From assembly GCA_964508365.1 (NCBI GenBank), contig CAZDTP010000009.1:20966-84965 (forward strand): a stretch of 64,000 nucleotides of DNA, given 5' to 3'. Position numbers and translations under genes: made by a program. Positions 18,723 through 28,539 of this stretch are shown piece by piece (the first letter of the stretch is position 1; each line of letters begins with the position of its first letter). This stretch comes from an uncultured archaeon. GTDB lineage: Archaea; Asgardarchaeota; Lokiarchaeia; Sigyniarchaeales; SOKP01. Under the pieces are notes generated by a model. That model was not told where the DNA came from. It was given only the letters and a program-made list of their open reading frames with translations, and did not search any database.

Positions 18723-19931
18723 ATGTCTGAAGAGGAGACAAAAAGCGTTGTGATTAAAGACTTCTTCAAAAGTTCTATAATTATTAACGAAATAGATGAA
18801 GCATTAAAATTCAAGCCAGATTCGCTAATTGGAATTGATCAAATTTCCTCAGACAAACTAATAGAAAATAACATAAAAAATATTGAGGATCTAGCGAAAT
18901 TATCGCTCGAGAGTCTTCCAATTATTGAAGAAATTCCTACTAGAGTTCTTCAGAAATGGGTAAGAATCGCACAAGTACTTGAAAAAGCAATCAGAGAGAA
19001 AATAAAAACACATAAGAAAATCTTAATGATAGGTTTGGATAATGGGGGAAAAACTAGCATTTTAGCAGTTCTTCAAGAGAAATTCTCTATAATTAAATCT
19101 CTTCTACCGACACGAGGGGTACAACGCGAGAAATTAGATTTCTTTGGCTACCCCATACTTTCATGGGACCTAGGCGGTCAGGTGCAATACAGAGAGAAGT
19201 TATATTTTAACAGGCCTGAATTATTCTTTACTGAAGCTGATTTGGTACTTTATGTTATTGACACACAAGATACTGATAGATTTGCAGAAGCTGCAAATTA
19301 CTTCCGTCAAGTATTAAAAGCATTGGTTGAATTAAATGAATTCCCTCCAATCATGGTAGTACTCTCAAAAAGTGATAAAGATATTCGTACTTCTATCAAA
19401 TGGCAAAACAATGTATCTGCGATAAAAAATAAATTCGATCATATTATTGTCGAATATAAAGAATTATCAATCAACTATGGTGATACGACAATATATCAAA
19501 AAGAAACTATCATGCAAATGTTCAGCGAAGCTTTGAAATTAGTTTCTGGAACTTCAGAGATAATTGAGAATATCATAGAGGACTTTACTCATTCTATTGA
19601 TGGTAAAGCAACGAGCTTAATTTCGATGGATGGTTTAATTTTTGGAAGTTTCACGAGCTCAGATATTGATGAGGCTTTACTAAATAATACAGCTCTAATT
19701 ATGCAAACACTTTCGAACTTTCATAATTCGATAGGATTAACTAGAGAACCTTCAATCACGCTTGATTTTCCCTTAAATGGATTTGCAATTCGAGGAGAAA
19801 AACTTTTTGAATATTCTGAGCTAAAAATACCAGTATATTTGTGGATACTTAGTGATAATTTCGATTTACTTAATGAGAAAATCGATTACTTTAAACAACA
19901 GCTTTTACCATTGATAAATTTATTTCTCTAA
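18723..19931 (+). CDS. HhH domain + Arf-like small GTPase + roadblock/LC7-like domain fusion
   Basis: G1 GLDNGGKTS, G2 PTRG, G3 WDLGGQ, G4 SKSD; N-terminal LIGIDQISSDKL..NNIKNIEDLA; C-terminal ATSLISMDGLIFGS...ALIMQT. Confidence 0.85.
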   Translation: MSEEETKSVVIKDFFKSSIIINEIDEALKFKPDSLIGIDQISSDKLIENNIKNIEDLAKLSLESLPIIEEIPTRVLQKWVRIAQVLEKAIREKIKTHKKILMIGLDNGGKTSILAVLQEKFSIIKSLLPTRGVQREKLDFFGYPILSWDLGGQVQYREKLYFNRPELFFTEADLVLYVIDTQDTDRFAEAANYFRQVLKALVELNEFPPIMVVLSKSDKDIRTSIKWQNNVSAIKNKFDHIIVEYKELSINYGDTTIYQKETIMQMFSEALKLVSGTSEIIENIIEDFTHSIDGKATSLISMDGLIFGSFTSSDIDEALLNNTALIMQTLSNFHNSIGLTREPSITLDFPLNGFAIRGEKLFEYSELKIPVYLWILSDNFDLLNEKIDYFKQQLLPLINLFL

Positions 19932-19963
19932 TTTTACTTTTTTTCAACGCATAAAAAACTTAT

Positions 19964-20173
19964 TTATTCGCTTATATCAGCTTTTGCTAAAATTAGATAT
20001 TCAGTACTCTTATCCATCATTTCAATAGCTTTATTTAGTTTTTCTACGACTGAGGTTAATTCCTTCTCTTTTGCGATATCTCTCCATTTTATGTAGCTTT
20101 CTTTATGGGCTTCGTTATGATTCGCCCAATGTTCGCATAATTTGGACAGTTTTAATATTTGTTTATCTACCAT
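19964..20173 (-). CDS. Small helical protein with HWxxHNxxH motif (69 aa; start revised to ATG at 20173)
   Basis: MVDKQILKLSKLCEHWANHNEAHKESYIKW...; the track's 22-aa upstream extension is low-complexity and AT-rich. Confidence 0.7.
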   Translation of the reverse strand: MVDKQILKLSKLCEHWANHNEAHKESYIKWRDIAKEKELTSVVEKLNKAIEMMDKSTEYLILAKADISE

Positions 20174-20322
20174 AATTATGTCCTTATAGTTAATTGTGCA
20201 AATAAATAAAAAGTAATTATTATAGTTGTTATACTTCACTATAATAAAATGTCTTTATATCTCAAAAATTAATTGATTTTATAGAATTGATTTTATCTAG
20301 AATTAATTATGTTTATCGAAAT

Positions 20323-20919
20323 TTAAAGCGAAGCTAAAAATTCAGATACTGCGGCATCAGAAAGCTGTTCATCTATTAATTTATCATCAATTTCTTCTGA
20401 GAGGAGATCAAATTTGTATGAACATTTCTCGCCTCCTGTTAAAACGCACTCTACTTCACTACCATCAACATCGATCCCAAGTACTTCAAAAAGACTGTTA
20501 AAAATTCCAAGGTATAGTAAACATAAGTTTTTAGCCGATATATTGCCTACTTCTTGGGTTGCTAAAGAATCGTACACATTTATGATAATATGGTCTTTTT
20601 TAAACATCCCTGTGAGCCCACCGTACCCCATAAGCATTAAGACCTCGATAGTTCCAAAGACAACTTCCTTTTTAATCTCCATTGTTTCTTTACTCCAATC
20701 CTTGTTAGCAAAAAACTTCTCCAAAAATATCTTGCCTAGAGATTTCCCTACCCATATCAGGATATCTTCAGCATTTGTTCCAGCAAATTCGCAAAATTCC
20801 ATTATCTCATTTGGACGTAGCATGACAAGCCTCATGTCTTTTTTTTTTTCACCTAGAAATAGTTGTCCTTCTTTTTCCTCAATATTTATCTGTAATTCTT
20901 TTTTGAGACGTTTAATCAT
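20323..20919 (-). CDS. V4R (4-vinyl reductase)-domain protein
   Basis: C...GIFNSLF...EVECVLTGGEKCSYKF is the V4R signature; N-terminal RLVML...ILIWVGKSLGK helices. Confidence 0.85.
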   Translation of the reverse strand: MIKRLKKELQINIEEKEGQLFLGEKKKDMRLVMLRPNEIMEFCEFAGTNAEDILIWVGKSLGKIFLEKFFANKDWSKETMEIKKEVVFGTIEVLMLMGYGGLTGMFKKDHIIINVYDSLATQEVGNISAKNLCLLYLGIFNSLFEVLGIDVDGSEVECVLTGGEKCSYKFDLLSEEIDDKLIDEQLSDAAVSEFLASL

Positions 20920-21044
20920 GATTAAATCCTTTTATTATTGTTATATCTCTTAACTAGCAATATCTTTAAACTTATTTAATATAATAGAAATTTAATCGGC
21001 TAGGCTTATAAATTTATTGTTAAACTAAAATTTTTATAGATTTT

Positions 21045-22082
21045 CTAAGCTGAGACTAAGGTAAAAATCGTGTTTAATACTTTTTCAATATTATAGCTAG
21101 TTTTAACGGATGTAAAAACAAATGTCCAATTGTTATGCTGCAAACTATCAAATTCAAAAAAGTCAATAATTTCTTTTTCTGTTCTTTTTATTTGATCATC
21201 ATTATTACTATTGTTATGATTAATTAAATCAATCTTATTACCAAGGATTATAAGAGGAATATCTTTTAGATCATTTTCGTTATATATTTTCCAAAACTCA
21301 GTTTTTGATTCGTTAAAGCGTAATTGGTTAGCAACATCGATAATATAAATAATTATATTTGAATCTTGAAGGCCTAATAACCACTTTTCCCTAAAGGTGC
21401 TTTGCCCTGGGCTATCCCATATTGAGAGAAGACCATCTTGTCTCTGGATATACTCAATGTTGAATCTTTTACTCGGTGTAAAAAAATTGTCGTTAAACTT
21501 ACCTGTTTTGATTCTCCTTGTAAAGGAGCTCTTCCCGGTTTCATCCAACCCAAAAAGAAAGACCTTTGTAAACAATCCAGAGGGATGAAATGAAACTTCA
21601 GGAGCTTTTTCAAGTGTTTCATCCCCAAATCTTTTTATATCAATAAATAATGTGATTAAGAAGTTTTCTATTTCGGTATCGTCTTTAAAAGAGCAACATC
21701 TTTCAATATTTAATAATTCATTTGACATATCAACAAAAATTTCTCGGTAATCGTATGGATTATCGTCTTTTTCAAATACTAATCCGATAAGCATTTCAAT
21801 ATTAATGCATATAGTATAGAGGTTTTGGTTCCCAATCAATTGAGAAACGGGATTGCCAATTACAAACGGATTAGAGGTATTCTGCGTAGAATTTGTTTTA
21901 CTTTTGGATATGATTTTTTCACAACAATTATCTTCTAGGGATCCATGATCGTGTCCTTGGATGATTTTTAATACTATTTCTTTATTATCCTTTTTGTCTA
22001 TATCTTCGGGATAACTATAGATATCAAGAGTGTCTAAATCAAGAGTATTTTTACGCTTTAATAAAAATATTTTAGATAACAC
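21045..22082 (-). CDS. Arf/Rag-like small GTPase with N-terminal longin-like domain
   Basis: G1 GLDETGKSS, G3 WDSPGQ, G4 NKID, G5 TSVK; about 170-aa N-terminal alpha/beta domain with LIGLVFEKDDNPYDY. The longin call is inference. Confidence 0.8.
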   Translation of the reverse strand: MLSKIFLLKRKNTLDLDTLDIYSYPEDIDKKDNKEIVLKIIQGHDHGSLEDNCCEKIISKSKTNSTQNTSNPFVIGNPVSQLIGNQNLYTICINIEMLIGLVFEKDDNPYDYREIFVDMSNELLNIERCCSFKDDTEIENFLITLFIDIKRFGDETLEKAPEVSFHPSGLFTKVFLFGLDETGKSSFTRRIKTGKFNDNFFTPSKRFNIEYIQRQDGLLSIWDSPGQSTFREKWLLGLQDSNIIIYIIDVANQLRFNESKTEFWKIYNENDLKDIPLIILGNKIDLINHNNSNNDDQIKRTEKEIIDFFEFDSLQHNNWTFVFTSVKTSYNIEKVLNTIFTLVSA

Positions 22083-22248
22083 AGAATTTTCCTTATCAAT
22101 TATTCCCTTAAGGATGTAAATAAAAAATGCTTAAAAAAAGTTTGGAATTGGTAGATGTTCTTTCTTATAAACTTTATGCTATTGATTCGTTAATAAACAA
22201 ACAGAAAAATAATAAAACGTGCTAAATTAAGAATTTTAAGGAAACACT

Positions 22249-23640
22249 TTATGTATTTGTGTCTTCTTCACTATCCGCTTCTTCTTCCAAGATTTCATCT
22301 TGATCTTCTTCAGAGAGTTCTTTTGGTTCTTCTTTTTCTTCTTTAGAAGGTTTCTCTCCAACAGGAGTGTCACACACAGGACATTTTCTCCATCCGGGTC
22401 TTAAACTATATCCACAGTTAGAACATTCAGGCATCTCTTGATCAGGTTGCCATTCAGGAATATTTAATCCCCCTCTTCTTCTTTTTTCAGCTAATTCCTG
22501 TAAATCTTCTTCTTTCCATACCTCCATACCTTCAGGGATTCCCGAACCGCGCTCTTCAGCGAATTTAAGTAAATCTTCTTCCTCCCAAGTAGGAAGGTTT
22601 GGTTGGGTAGTTAACCTCTTTTGAGCTTCGTTAGCGAGCTCTTCAGCGGTCCAAGCTTTTAACTCTTGACCTCCTGGCGTTCTAATCCCTCCTTCTGAAG
22701 GTCCAGAAACCTGTCCTTCGGAGATAGATTGTTGTGGCCCTGGTAAAGGTATTTGACAACATGAAGCAGACAATTTTAAAAAAGCTTCAAAACAATTTCC
22801 AAAACGAGACTGTTCTTGACCTTCATCGGTAATAAGGATGATACTTTTTTTGTCAGAAGGAAGAGGAACTATAATACTACAAACAGCTGTGTCTGATTTA
22901 ACTCTCTCGGATTCTATAGCAGTCATAATTTTTTCCATGGAGTTGTTTAAATCAGAATCTTTCATCAAAAAATCACAAATTGGGTCGCCATGTCTTTGAA
23001 ATTCCTCGTGATATTTTGATAACTGATTTTTAGTAATAATAGAATCTAGTGAATTAATGATGGCGCTCATATAGGGAAAAATATGAGATTTAGGTTCTTT
23101 TTGTGAATCATCAAGTTTGTATCCTCCTAGATCAATGTTTCCCGTAAAAGGAGCGAACAATGGTTCTTGACCTTTAATTTTCCCATATAATGTTGTTCTA
23201 CCAACAAAACATTTTATCTCCCCATAATACGCAATAGTATTATCTATTAGTTGGATTTTGTCAGTATAAGAAATTCGAGGAATAGTACGAAAAATGACAT
23301 CAACCCAAGGAAGTTCTTTTACAGGTATTATAACAACGCAAGTCTTAATAATTAATTCTGATAATTTTTTAAGATATTCCTTTAGATTTTTTTTAATTTC
23401 TTTATATTTGTCTTTTTCTAATTCAGTCTCAGCATTCTTCATAAACTCATTGAATTTTTCTTCGTTTTTTTTAACAGAACCTCCATACGACTTTACATCT
23501 CCTACAATATTATCTTTTAAAATGAAAGTAGCATCGTTTATGATTTTACTTTGTAGTTCTGTAAGTTCTTCTACTAAATAATCACTTACATCAAAATCCA
23601 AACTGTTTATAAAGATTTCAAACAATTTTGCTTCAGACAA
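22249..23640 (-). CDS. Hypothetical protein with triple W-x-E-E-(D/E)-L repeat, zinc ribbon and acidic tail
   Basis: WTAEEL/WEEEDL/WKEEDL repeats, CSNC-x10-CPVC, E/D-rich C-terminus; TTG start with AGGAAGGT RBS. Confidence 0.75.
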   Translation of the reverse strand: MSEAKLFEIFINSLDFDVSDYLVEELTELQSKIINDATFILKDNIVGDVKSYGGSVKKNEEKFNEFMKNAETELEKDKYKEIKKNLKEYLKKLSELIIKTCVVIIPVKELPWVDVIFRTIPRISYTDKIQLIDNTIAYYGEIKCFVGRTTLYGKIKGQEPLFAPFTGNIDLGGYKLDDSQKEPKSHIFPYMSAIINSLDSIITKNQLSKYHEEFQRHGDPICDFLMKDSDLNNSMEKIMTAIESERVKSDTAVCSIIVPLPSDKKSIILITDEGQEQSRFGNCFEAFLKLSASCCQIPLPGPQQSISEGQVSGPSEGGIRTPGGQELKAWTAEELANEAQKRLTTQPNLPTWEEEDLLKFAEERGSGIPEGMEVWKEEDLQELAEKRRRGGLNIPEWQPDQEMPECSNCGYSLRPGWRKCPVCDTPVGEKPSKEEKEEPKELSEEDQDEILEEEADSEEDTNT

Positions 23641-23782
23641 TTTTAATACCTTCCTATTTAGATTTAATAATCTTATATTTATATTTATAGCAACGAATTG
23701 AATATAAAAATTTATTTAAAACACAATCAATTCACTATTAGATATTGATGTGTAATATTTTTAAGAGAGATGTAATGAAAAA

Positions 23783-24808
23783 GTGAACGGCAAGAAAATT
23801 ATAGTCTGTTTTAGCTCTAAAGTTTCTATTGAGGTCCAAAATTATTTAAAGGAACATTTAAAACCACTTTCAAATGTAAGAATTATCTTTCCAGAAGATA
23901 CATCGGATGAAAATCTAAAAAACATAGTTCCGGAGGTGGATGTTCTAATCGGTTGGAGACCGTCTAAAAGTTTATTAGAATCCGGGAAGAATTTAAAGGT
24001 ATTCATTAATCCTGGAGCGGGCATTAAGCACCTATTAGAATTATTTATTGAATTAAATAACTATAGGAAGGTTACCCTAATTAATGGTCATGGAAATTCC
24101 TACTTTGTGGCTCAACATGCTGTAGCATTGCTCCTAACTCTTACGAACAAAACTATACCACATCACATTTGGATGAAAGAAGGAAAATGGAGGACTGGAG
24201 ATCAAGATGCTGCTTCGATTCCATTGCGTTTTCGTGAAGTAGGGCTGTTAGGTTATGGTGCAATTAACAAAAAAGTTCATCAATTTCTTGCTGGTTTCGA
24301 TATAAAGTTCCATATTCTCAGAAAAAATTGGAATAAACAAAAAGAAAAATTACCTACAGAAGCTAAGAAATATGGTTTTGCAGAGTTAGATGATTTTTTA
24401 ACAGAAATAGATGTTTTAATAATAGCTGTCCCGCACACTTCACTGACTTCGGGGTTGATTAAAGCACGAGAACATAAGTTATTAGGTCCGAAAGGATTGA
24501 TTATCAATGTTGCAAGAGGAGACATAATAAACCAAGAAGATTTATACAATGCTTTAAAAAATAAGACAATTCTGGGGGCCGCTATAGATGTTTGGTATAA
24601 TTATCACCCAAAAGCTGATAAAGAAGATTTAAAATATCCATATGAATTTCCTTTTCATAATCTCGATAACATTGTTCTATCTCCGCATAGAGGTTATTCC
24701 CCTTTTAATGATCTCTTAAGATGGGATGAAGTTATCGAAAATATTAATCGAATAAGTCAAGGTCGAAGTGATTTAATCAATGTTGTTAATCTGAAAGAAG
24801 AATACTAA
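23783..24808 (+). CDS. D-isomer-specific 2-hydroxyacid dehydrogenase family protein
   Basis: GLLGYGAIN, INVARG, AAIDVW, VLSPHRG. Confidence 0.92.
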   Translation: MNGKKIIVCFSSKVSIEVQNYLKEHLKPLSNVRIIFPEDTSDENLKNIVPEVDVLIGWRPSKSLLESGKNLKVFINPGAGIKHLLELFIELNNYRKVTLINGHGNSYFVAQHAVALLLTLTNKTIPHHIWMKEGKWRTGDQDAASIPLRFREVGLLGYGAINKKVHQFLAGFDIKFHILRKNWNKQKEKLPTEAKKYGFAELDDFLTEIDVLIIAVPHTSLTSGLIKAREHKLLGPKGLIINVARGDIINQEDLYNALKNKTILGAAIDVWYNYHPKADKEDLKYPYEFPFHNLDNIVLSPHRGYSPFNDLLRWDEVIENINRISQGRSDLINVVNLKEEY

Positions 24809-25356
24809 AATATAATTAAATATATACCAAAAGTAGCTAACTTTTTTTATATCTTATTAAAAAATCAAAAATCGATAATATTTCTAATCTATAAATAACA
24901 AGGGAGATATTAGGGGGGAATAATTAATAATAAGCAATCAATTAAAAAATTATGTGCAAATTTAATACCGATTTGTAATTTAATTTATATAATTTCAAGT
25001 TCTGCTTATTTCAGAATTTTCTTGCGAAAAAGTGGATATATAATTTTTTTTTACGAATTTAAAAGTTCGACATTAATTATTTTTTAATTTTAATAGATTT
25101 TTAAAAAAATTTTAGATACTATAAAAAAATTTCAAAAATATTTTCAAATATTACTTTAGAATGATAATTTTTAACTTTAGCGTAAGGTTTAGAACCAGAA
25201 TGAGTTAATGGGATGGGGTTTAGCCTAAATTATAAATTCGGTAAAAAAAATTTTATAAAAATATATTAACCCACTAAAAAAAAATCTTTATATAGTATTT
25301 TATAATAACTAATCATATAAAGAATAATCAAAAAAAAATATGGTTAAGGCGATTTC

Positions 25357-25647
25357 ATGAAAATTGTTACTGTTAATGTACCTGAAAGCTATATAGATGC
25401 AATAAAAAAATTAATTGGGCGAGAAGGATTGTACCCCAGTCGATCAGAATTGATAAGATGTGCTGTTAGAGAATTTCTAATAAAAGAACTTAAGCTTGCT
25501 AATAATATGGCAAATTATAGTGAAGTAGAAATTGATGATTTTGACGATGAGAATTTTGTAAGAGTTCCAATAGAAAGTGTAAATGAAAAATCTGAACCGG
25601 TACGGGAATTTAGAACTTATAAAATTTTAAAGAGGTTGGAACACTAA
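25357..25647 (+). CDS. Ribbon-helix-helix (CopG/NikR-like) regulator
   Basis: MKIVTVNVPESYIDAIKKL...YPSRSELIRCAVREFL. Confidence 0.9.
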   Translation: MKIVTVNVPESYIDAIKKLIGREGLYPSRSELIRCAVREFLIKELKLANNMANYSEVEIDDFDDENFVRVPIESVNEKSEPVREFRTYKILKRLEH

Positions 25648-25986
25648 AAAGCGAAATGTATTTATTAACATACAGCTTTTCTCGCAAATAATGGCAAACT
25701 TTAGTTTTTCTCTATTCTTCTTTTTTTTATTTTAATAGAAGTACGCGTAAATTCATTATATTGTATCCACTACATATTTGTATAAATGAACAAAATTTTG
25801 TTTTTTTACTTAATCCTAGAAAAAATTTTCAGTTTAACTAGAAGAAGAACTAAGTAATGCAAATTCTTCAATCTTATTTATATAAAATCATTTTTTAACA
25901 TTGTGTAAGTTAAATATTTAAGAGAAGTAAATTCTAAATATGATATTACTAAAATTAAAGGGTGTAATAATATTTCGAGCAAAAAA

Positions 25987-27240
25987 ATGATCCCAAAATT
26001 TATGGAGTGGGGTATTATAAACAAGGACAATTTTACTGGAAAAACAAGCTATGATGTTCCTATTAAAAGGTGGGATCCCTTATCAACAGTAATCATAAGA
26101 TCGGAAGATTTTGGTCTAAGAAAAGAGCGTAAAAGATATTATGGTCACTTTGCTTACATATCCCCAATCAGAAGTGCAAGACCAAAGGGTTTTACAGGTA
26201 TTGAAGAAGAAAATCAATTTTACGATTGCTCAAAGAAAATTACTATCAAGCATAAAGATGTGTTTACATCGGTTACAGAAGGAAAGCCTATTTATGATAA
26301 CTTGGGAAACCAATTAGGAGATGGTTTTACGATTATTATTACCGAAGATGAGAAAAGGAGAGACAATCCATTTTTGGAAATGCCACATCAAGCCCAGAGA
26401 ATACCAAGGGATTGTAAAGCACTAACAGTAATTAATAGATATCCTTCGATGGCTCGGATTGTTGATCCTGATATTCAAAAATTAATTACTGATAAATTAC
26501 CTTTGCATTTAAAATTCTCAAGAGGAATTAATTTAGTTACGATTTCTAGAGATTTCTATCCCTCTTTGTGTTTTAAACTAATACCTGAAGATGTATTAGC
26601 AGGGATTTTTCTTTCAATGAAAGCAGCAATTCTTTATTGCGTGGAAGAAGCTATTGAAAGGGATTTCTATGATATTCCCGTTACTCCATTTTTCAATATA
26701 GGCATTAAAGTTGGTGGTTCACAGCCTCGCATACATAGTCAAGTTTATATTGATTTAAATATGGATGGTCATGGAAACCGGTTGGAGGGTCATCTTGAAG
26801 CATTTAAAGAAATGGGAGATAATTGTCATTTGTGTCAATCATCTCATGGAAATAGTGATCGTGTAATATTAAAAACTGAATATTGGACTTTTTACACCGC
26901 GGGGAGTCCAGTGAGGAACTACCATATTCGTTTTCATCCAAATGAACACTTACGGAGGTTTTCTCAATTAAAACTTAACCAAATAAATGATTTAGCAAAA
27001 GTCCTTAAGATCATCTTTCAAGGTTTAGATGATATTTCAATTGATCAAAACCGAAATATTCTATTTAATTGTTGTCCCTTCCACTATGACGCAAATTTCC
27101 ATCTTTTTGGTGATATTATCCCGCATGAAATTATTGGGGGCGCGGAAATGGTAGATGATATGAGAGTTGCAAGAAAATTACCTCACATAGCCGCTGCTGA
27201 AATTAGAGAATCTTTAGAAAAATATTTATCAGCAAACTAA
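25987..27240 (+). CDS. GalT-like (HIT-superfamily) sugar-1-phosphate nucleotidyltransferase
   Basis: VINRYP, FNIG..VGGSQPRIHSQ (variant of GAS..HPHSQ, nucleophilic His kept), CHLC, GGAEM. Confidence 0.8.
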   Translation: MIPKFMEWGIINKDNFTGKTSYDVPIKRWDPLSTVIIRSEDFGLRKERKRYYGHFAYISPIRSARPKGFTGIEEENQFYDCSKKITIKHKDVFTSVTEGKPIYDNLGNQLGDGFTIIITEDEKRRDNPFLEMPHQAQRIPRDCKALTVINRYPSMARIVDPDIQKLITDKLPLHLKFSRGINLVTISRDFYPSLCFKLIPEDVLAGIFLSMKAAILYCVEEAIERDFYDIPVTPFFNIGIKVGGSQPRIHSQVYIDLNMDGHGNRLEGHLEAFKEMGDNCHLCQSSHGNSDRVILKTEYWTFYTAGSPVRNYHIRFHPNEHLRRFSQLKLNQINDLAKVLKIIFQGLDDISIDQNRNILFNCCPFHYDANFHLFGDIIPHEIIGGAEMVDDMRVARKLPHIAAAEIRESLEKYLSAN

Positions 27241-27374
27241 TTGAAGGGTTTCTGAATAAAACTAAAAATCGCTTATTTCTCAACTTTTATTCTAAAATTA
27301 AAATTATATTAAAATTATATTTAAATCTGATTTAAAATAATATAAATAGTAAAAGTTCTTTTGAGGATTCCATA

Positions 27375-28523
27375 TTGAGAGAATGGTCTGCTATAATTTT
27401 AGCTGGTGGAAAGGGCAATAGGCTGATGCCGCTAACATCAGAGCTCCCCAAACCACTGGTAAAGGTAACTAATAAACCAATGGTGGATTATTCTATCGCT
27501 CATTTAATATTTGCTGATATAAAGCATATTATCCTTGCTTTAGCCTATAAAGGGGAAGAGTTAAAGAAATATATAGAAAAAACTTGGACTTCGGATAAAT
27601 TAGGTGATGTTGAGCTTGAATGTATGATTCAAGAAAGTAAGGGAACTGCTGATGCATATCGATTACTAACTGACAAAATTGATTCTGAAAAAATAGTAGT
27701 AAGCATGGCAGATATAGTAACTAATCTTCCTATGAAAGATTTCATGAGTTTTCATACTGAAAAAGGAGGGATTGCTACAATTTCAATGAAAACTAGCGAA
27801 GGCTATACAAGTCAATATGGCGTAATATTATTAGATAATAATCGCAAAATTTACCTATTTTTAGAAAAACCTGCTCCTATGGAGTTATATTTAAGTAGTA
27901 TGGCTCAAAGAACGGATTTGTTTCTACATACAAATATAATTAATACAGGAATCTATTGTTTCAGAAAGGAAATTGATCAAACACTTCAAGAAACAGGTTT
28001 GATGGATTTTGGAGGAGAAGTTTTTCCATATCTCCTAGAAAATAATTATGACCTCTATGGTTTTGTACAAAATTATTACTGGCTTGATTGCGGAAACGCT
28101 CAAACATATTTGTGGGCTAATTGGGATTTATTAAGGAAATATACCTGGCCAATTACCCCTAATGGTGAAGAATACGACGGTGTTTTTGTAATGGGTATTA
28201 TTAATTCTGGGCAAAATACGATGATCGAAAAACCTTCGTGTTTTGGAGAACACGTAGAACTTCTTAATAGAGTAATAATTAAACCCTTGACTTCAATAGG
28301 AAATCGAGTTAAAATAGGAGAAGATACAATTATAGAGAAAAGTGTAATATGGGATGATGTAAACATTGGTGCAGGGTGCCGAATAGACGAGTCCATTATA
28401 TGTAATAACTGCGACATAGGTGATAATGTAGTTCTACATAATGCAATTATAGCACCAAATAGCCGAATTAGTAATGACACCCAAATAAGAGATAAAACTC
28501 TTAATTTAGGTACTGATATCTAA
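27375..28523 (+). CDS. NDP-sugar pyrophosphorylase (mannose-1-P guanylyltransferase-like) with left-handed beta-helix
   Basis: ILAGGKGNRLMPLT..LPKPL, FLEKP, INTGIY, DFGGEVFP, YWLDCG, hexapeptide repeats; TTG start after GAGGAT. Confidence 0.9.
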   Translation: MREWSAIILAGGKGNRLMPLTSELPKPLVKVTNKPMVDYSIAHLIFADIKHIILALAYKGEELKKYIEKTWTSDKLGDVELECMIQESKGTADAYRLLTDKIDSEKIVVSMADIVTNLPMKDFMSFHTEKGGIATISMKTSEGYTSQYGVILLDNNRKIYLFLEKPAPMELYLSSMAQRTDLFLHTNIINTGIYCFRKEIDQTLQETGLMDFGGEVFPYLLENNYDLYGFVQNYYWLDCGNAQTYLWANWDLLRKYTWPITPNGEEYDGVFVMGIINSGQNTMIEKPSCFGEHVELLNRVIIKPLTSIGNRVKIGEDTIIEKSVIWDDVNIGAGCRIDESIICNNCDIGDNVVLHNAIIAPNSRISNDTQIRDKTLNLGTDI

Positions 28524-28539
28524 ACTCTAAAAAAACGCC

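Noticed and set aside
24810-25356. 550-nt extremely AT-rich intergenic region with A/T tracts as a possible replication origin or ncRNA
   Set aside because: No ORB-like repeats (no G-string boxes), no cdc6/orc gene nearby and no GC-rich stem; it fits a promoter region of the RHH gene in an AT-rich genome.
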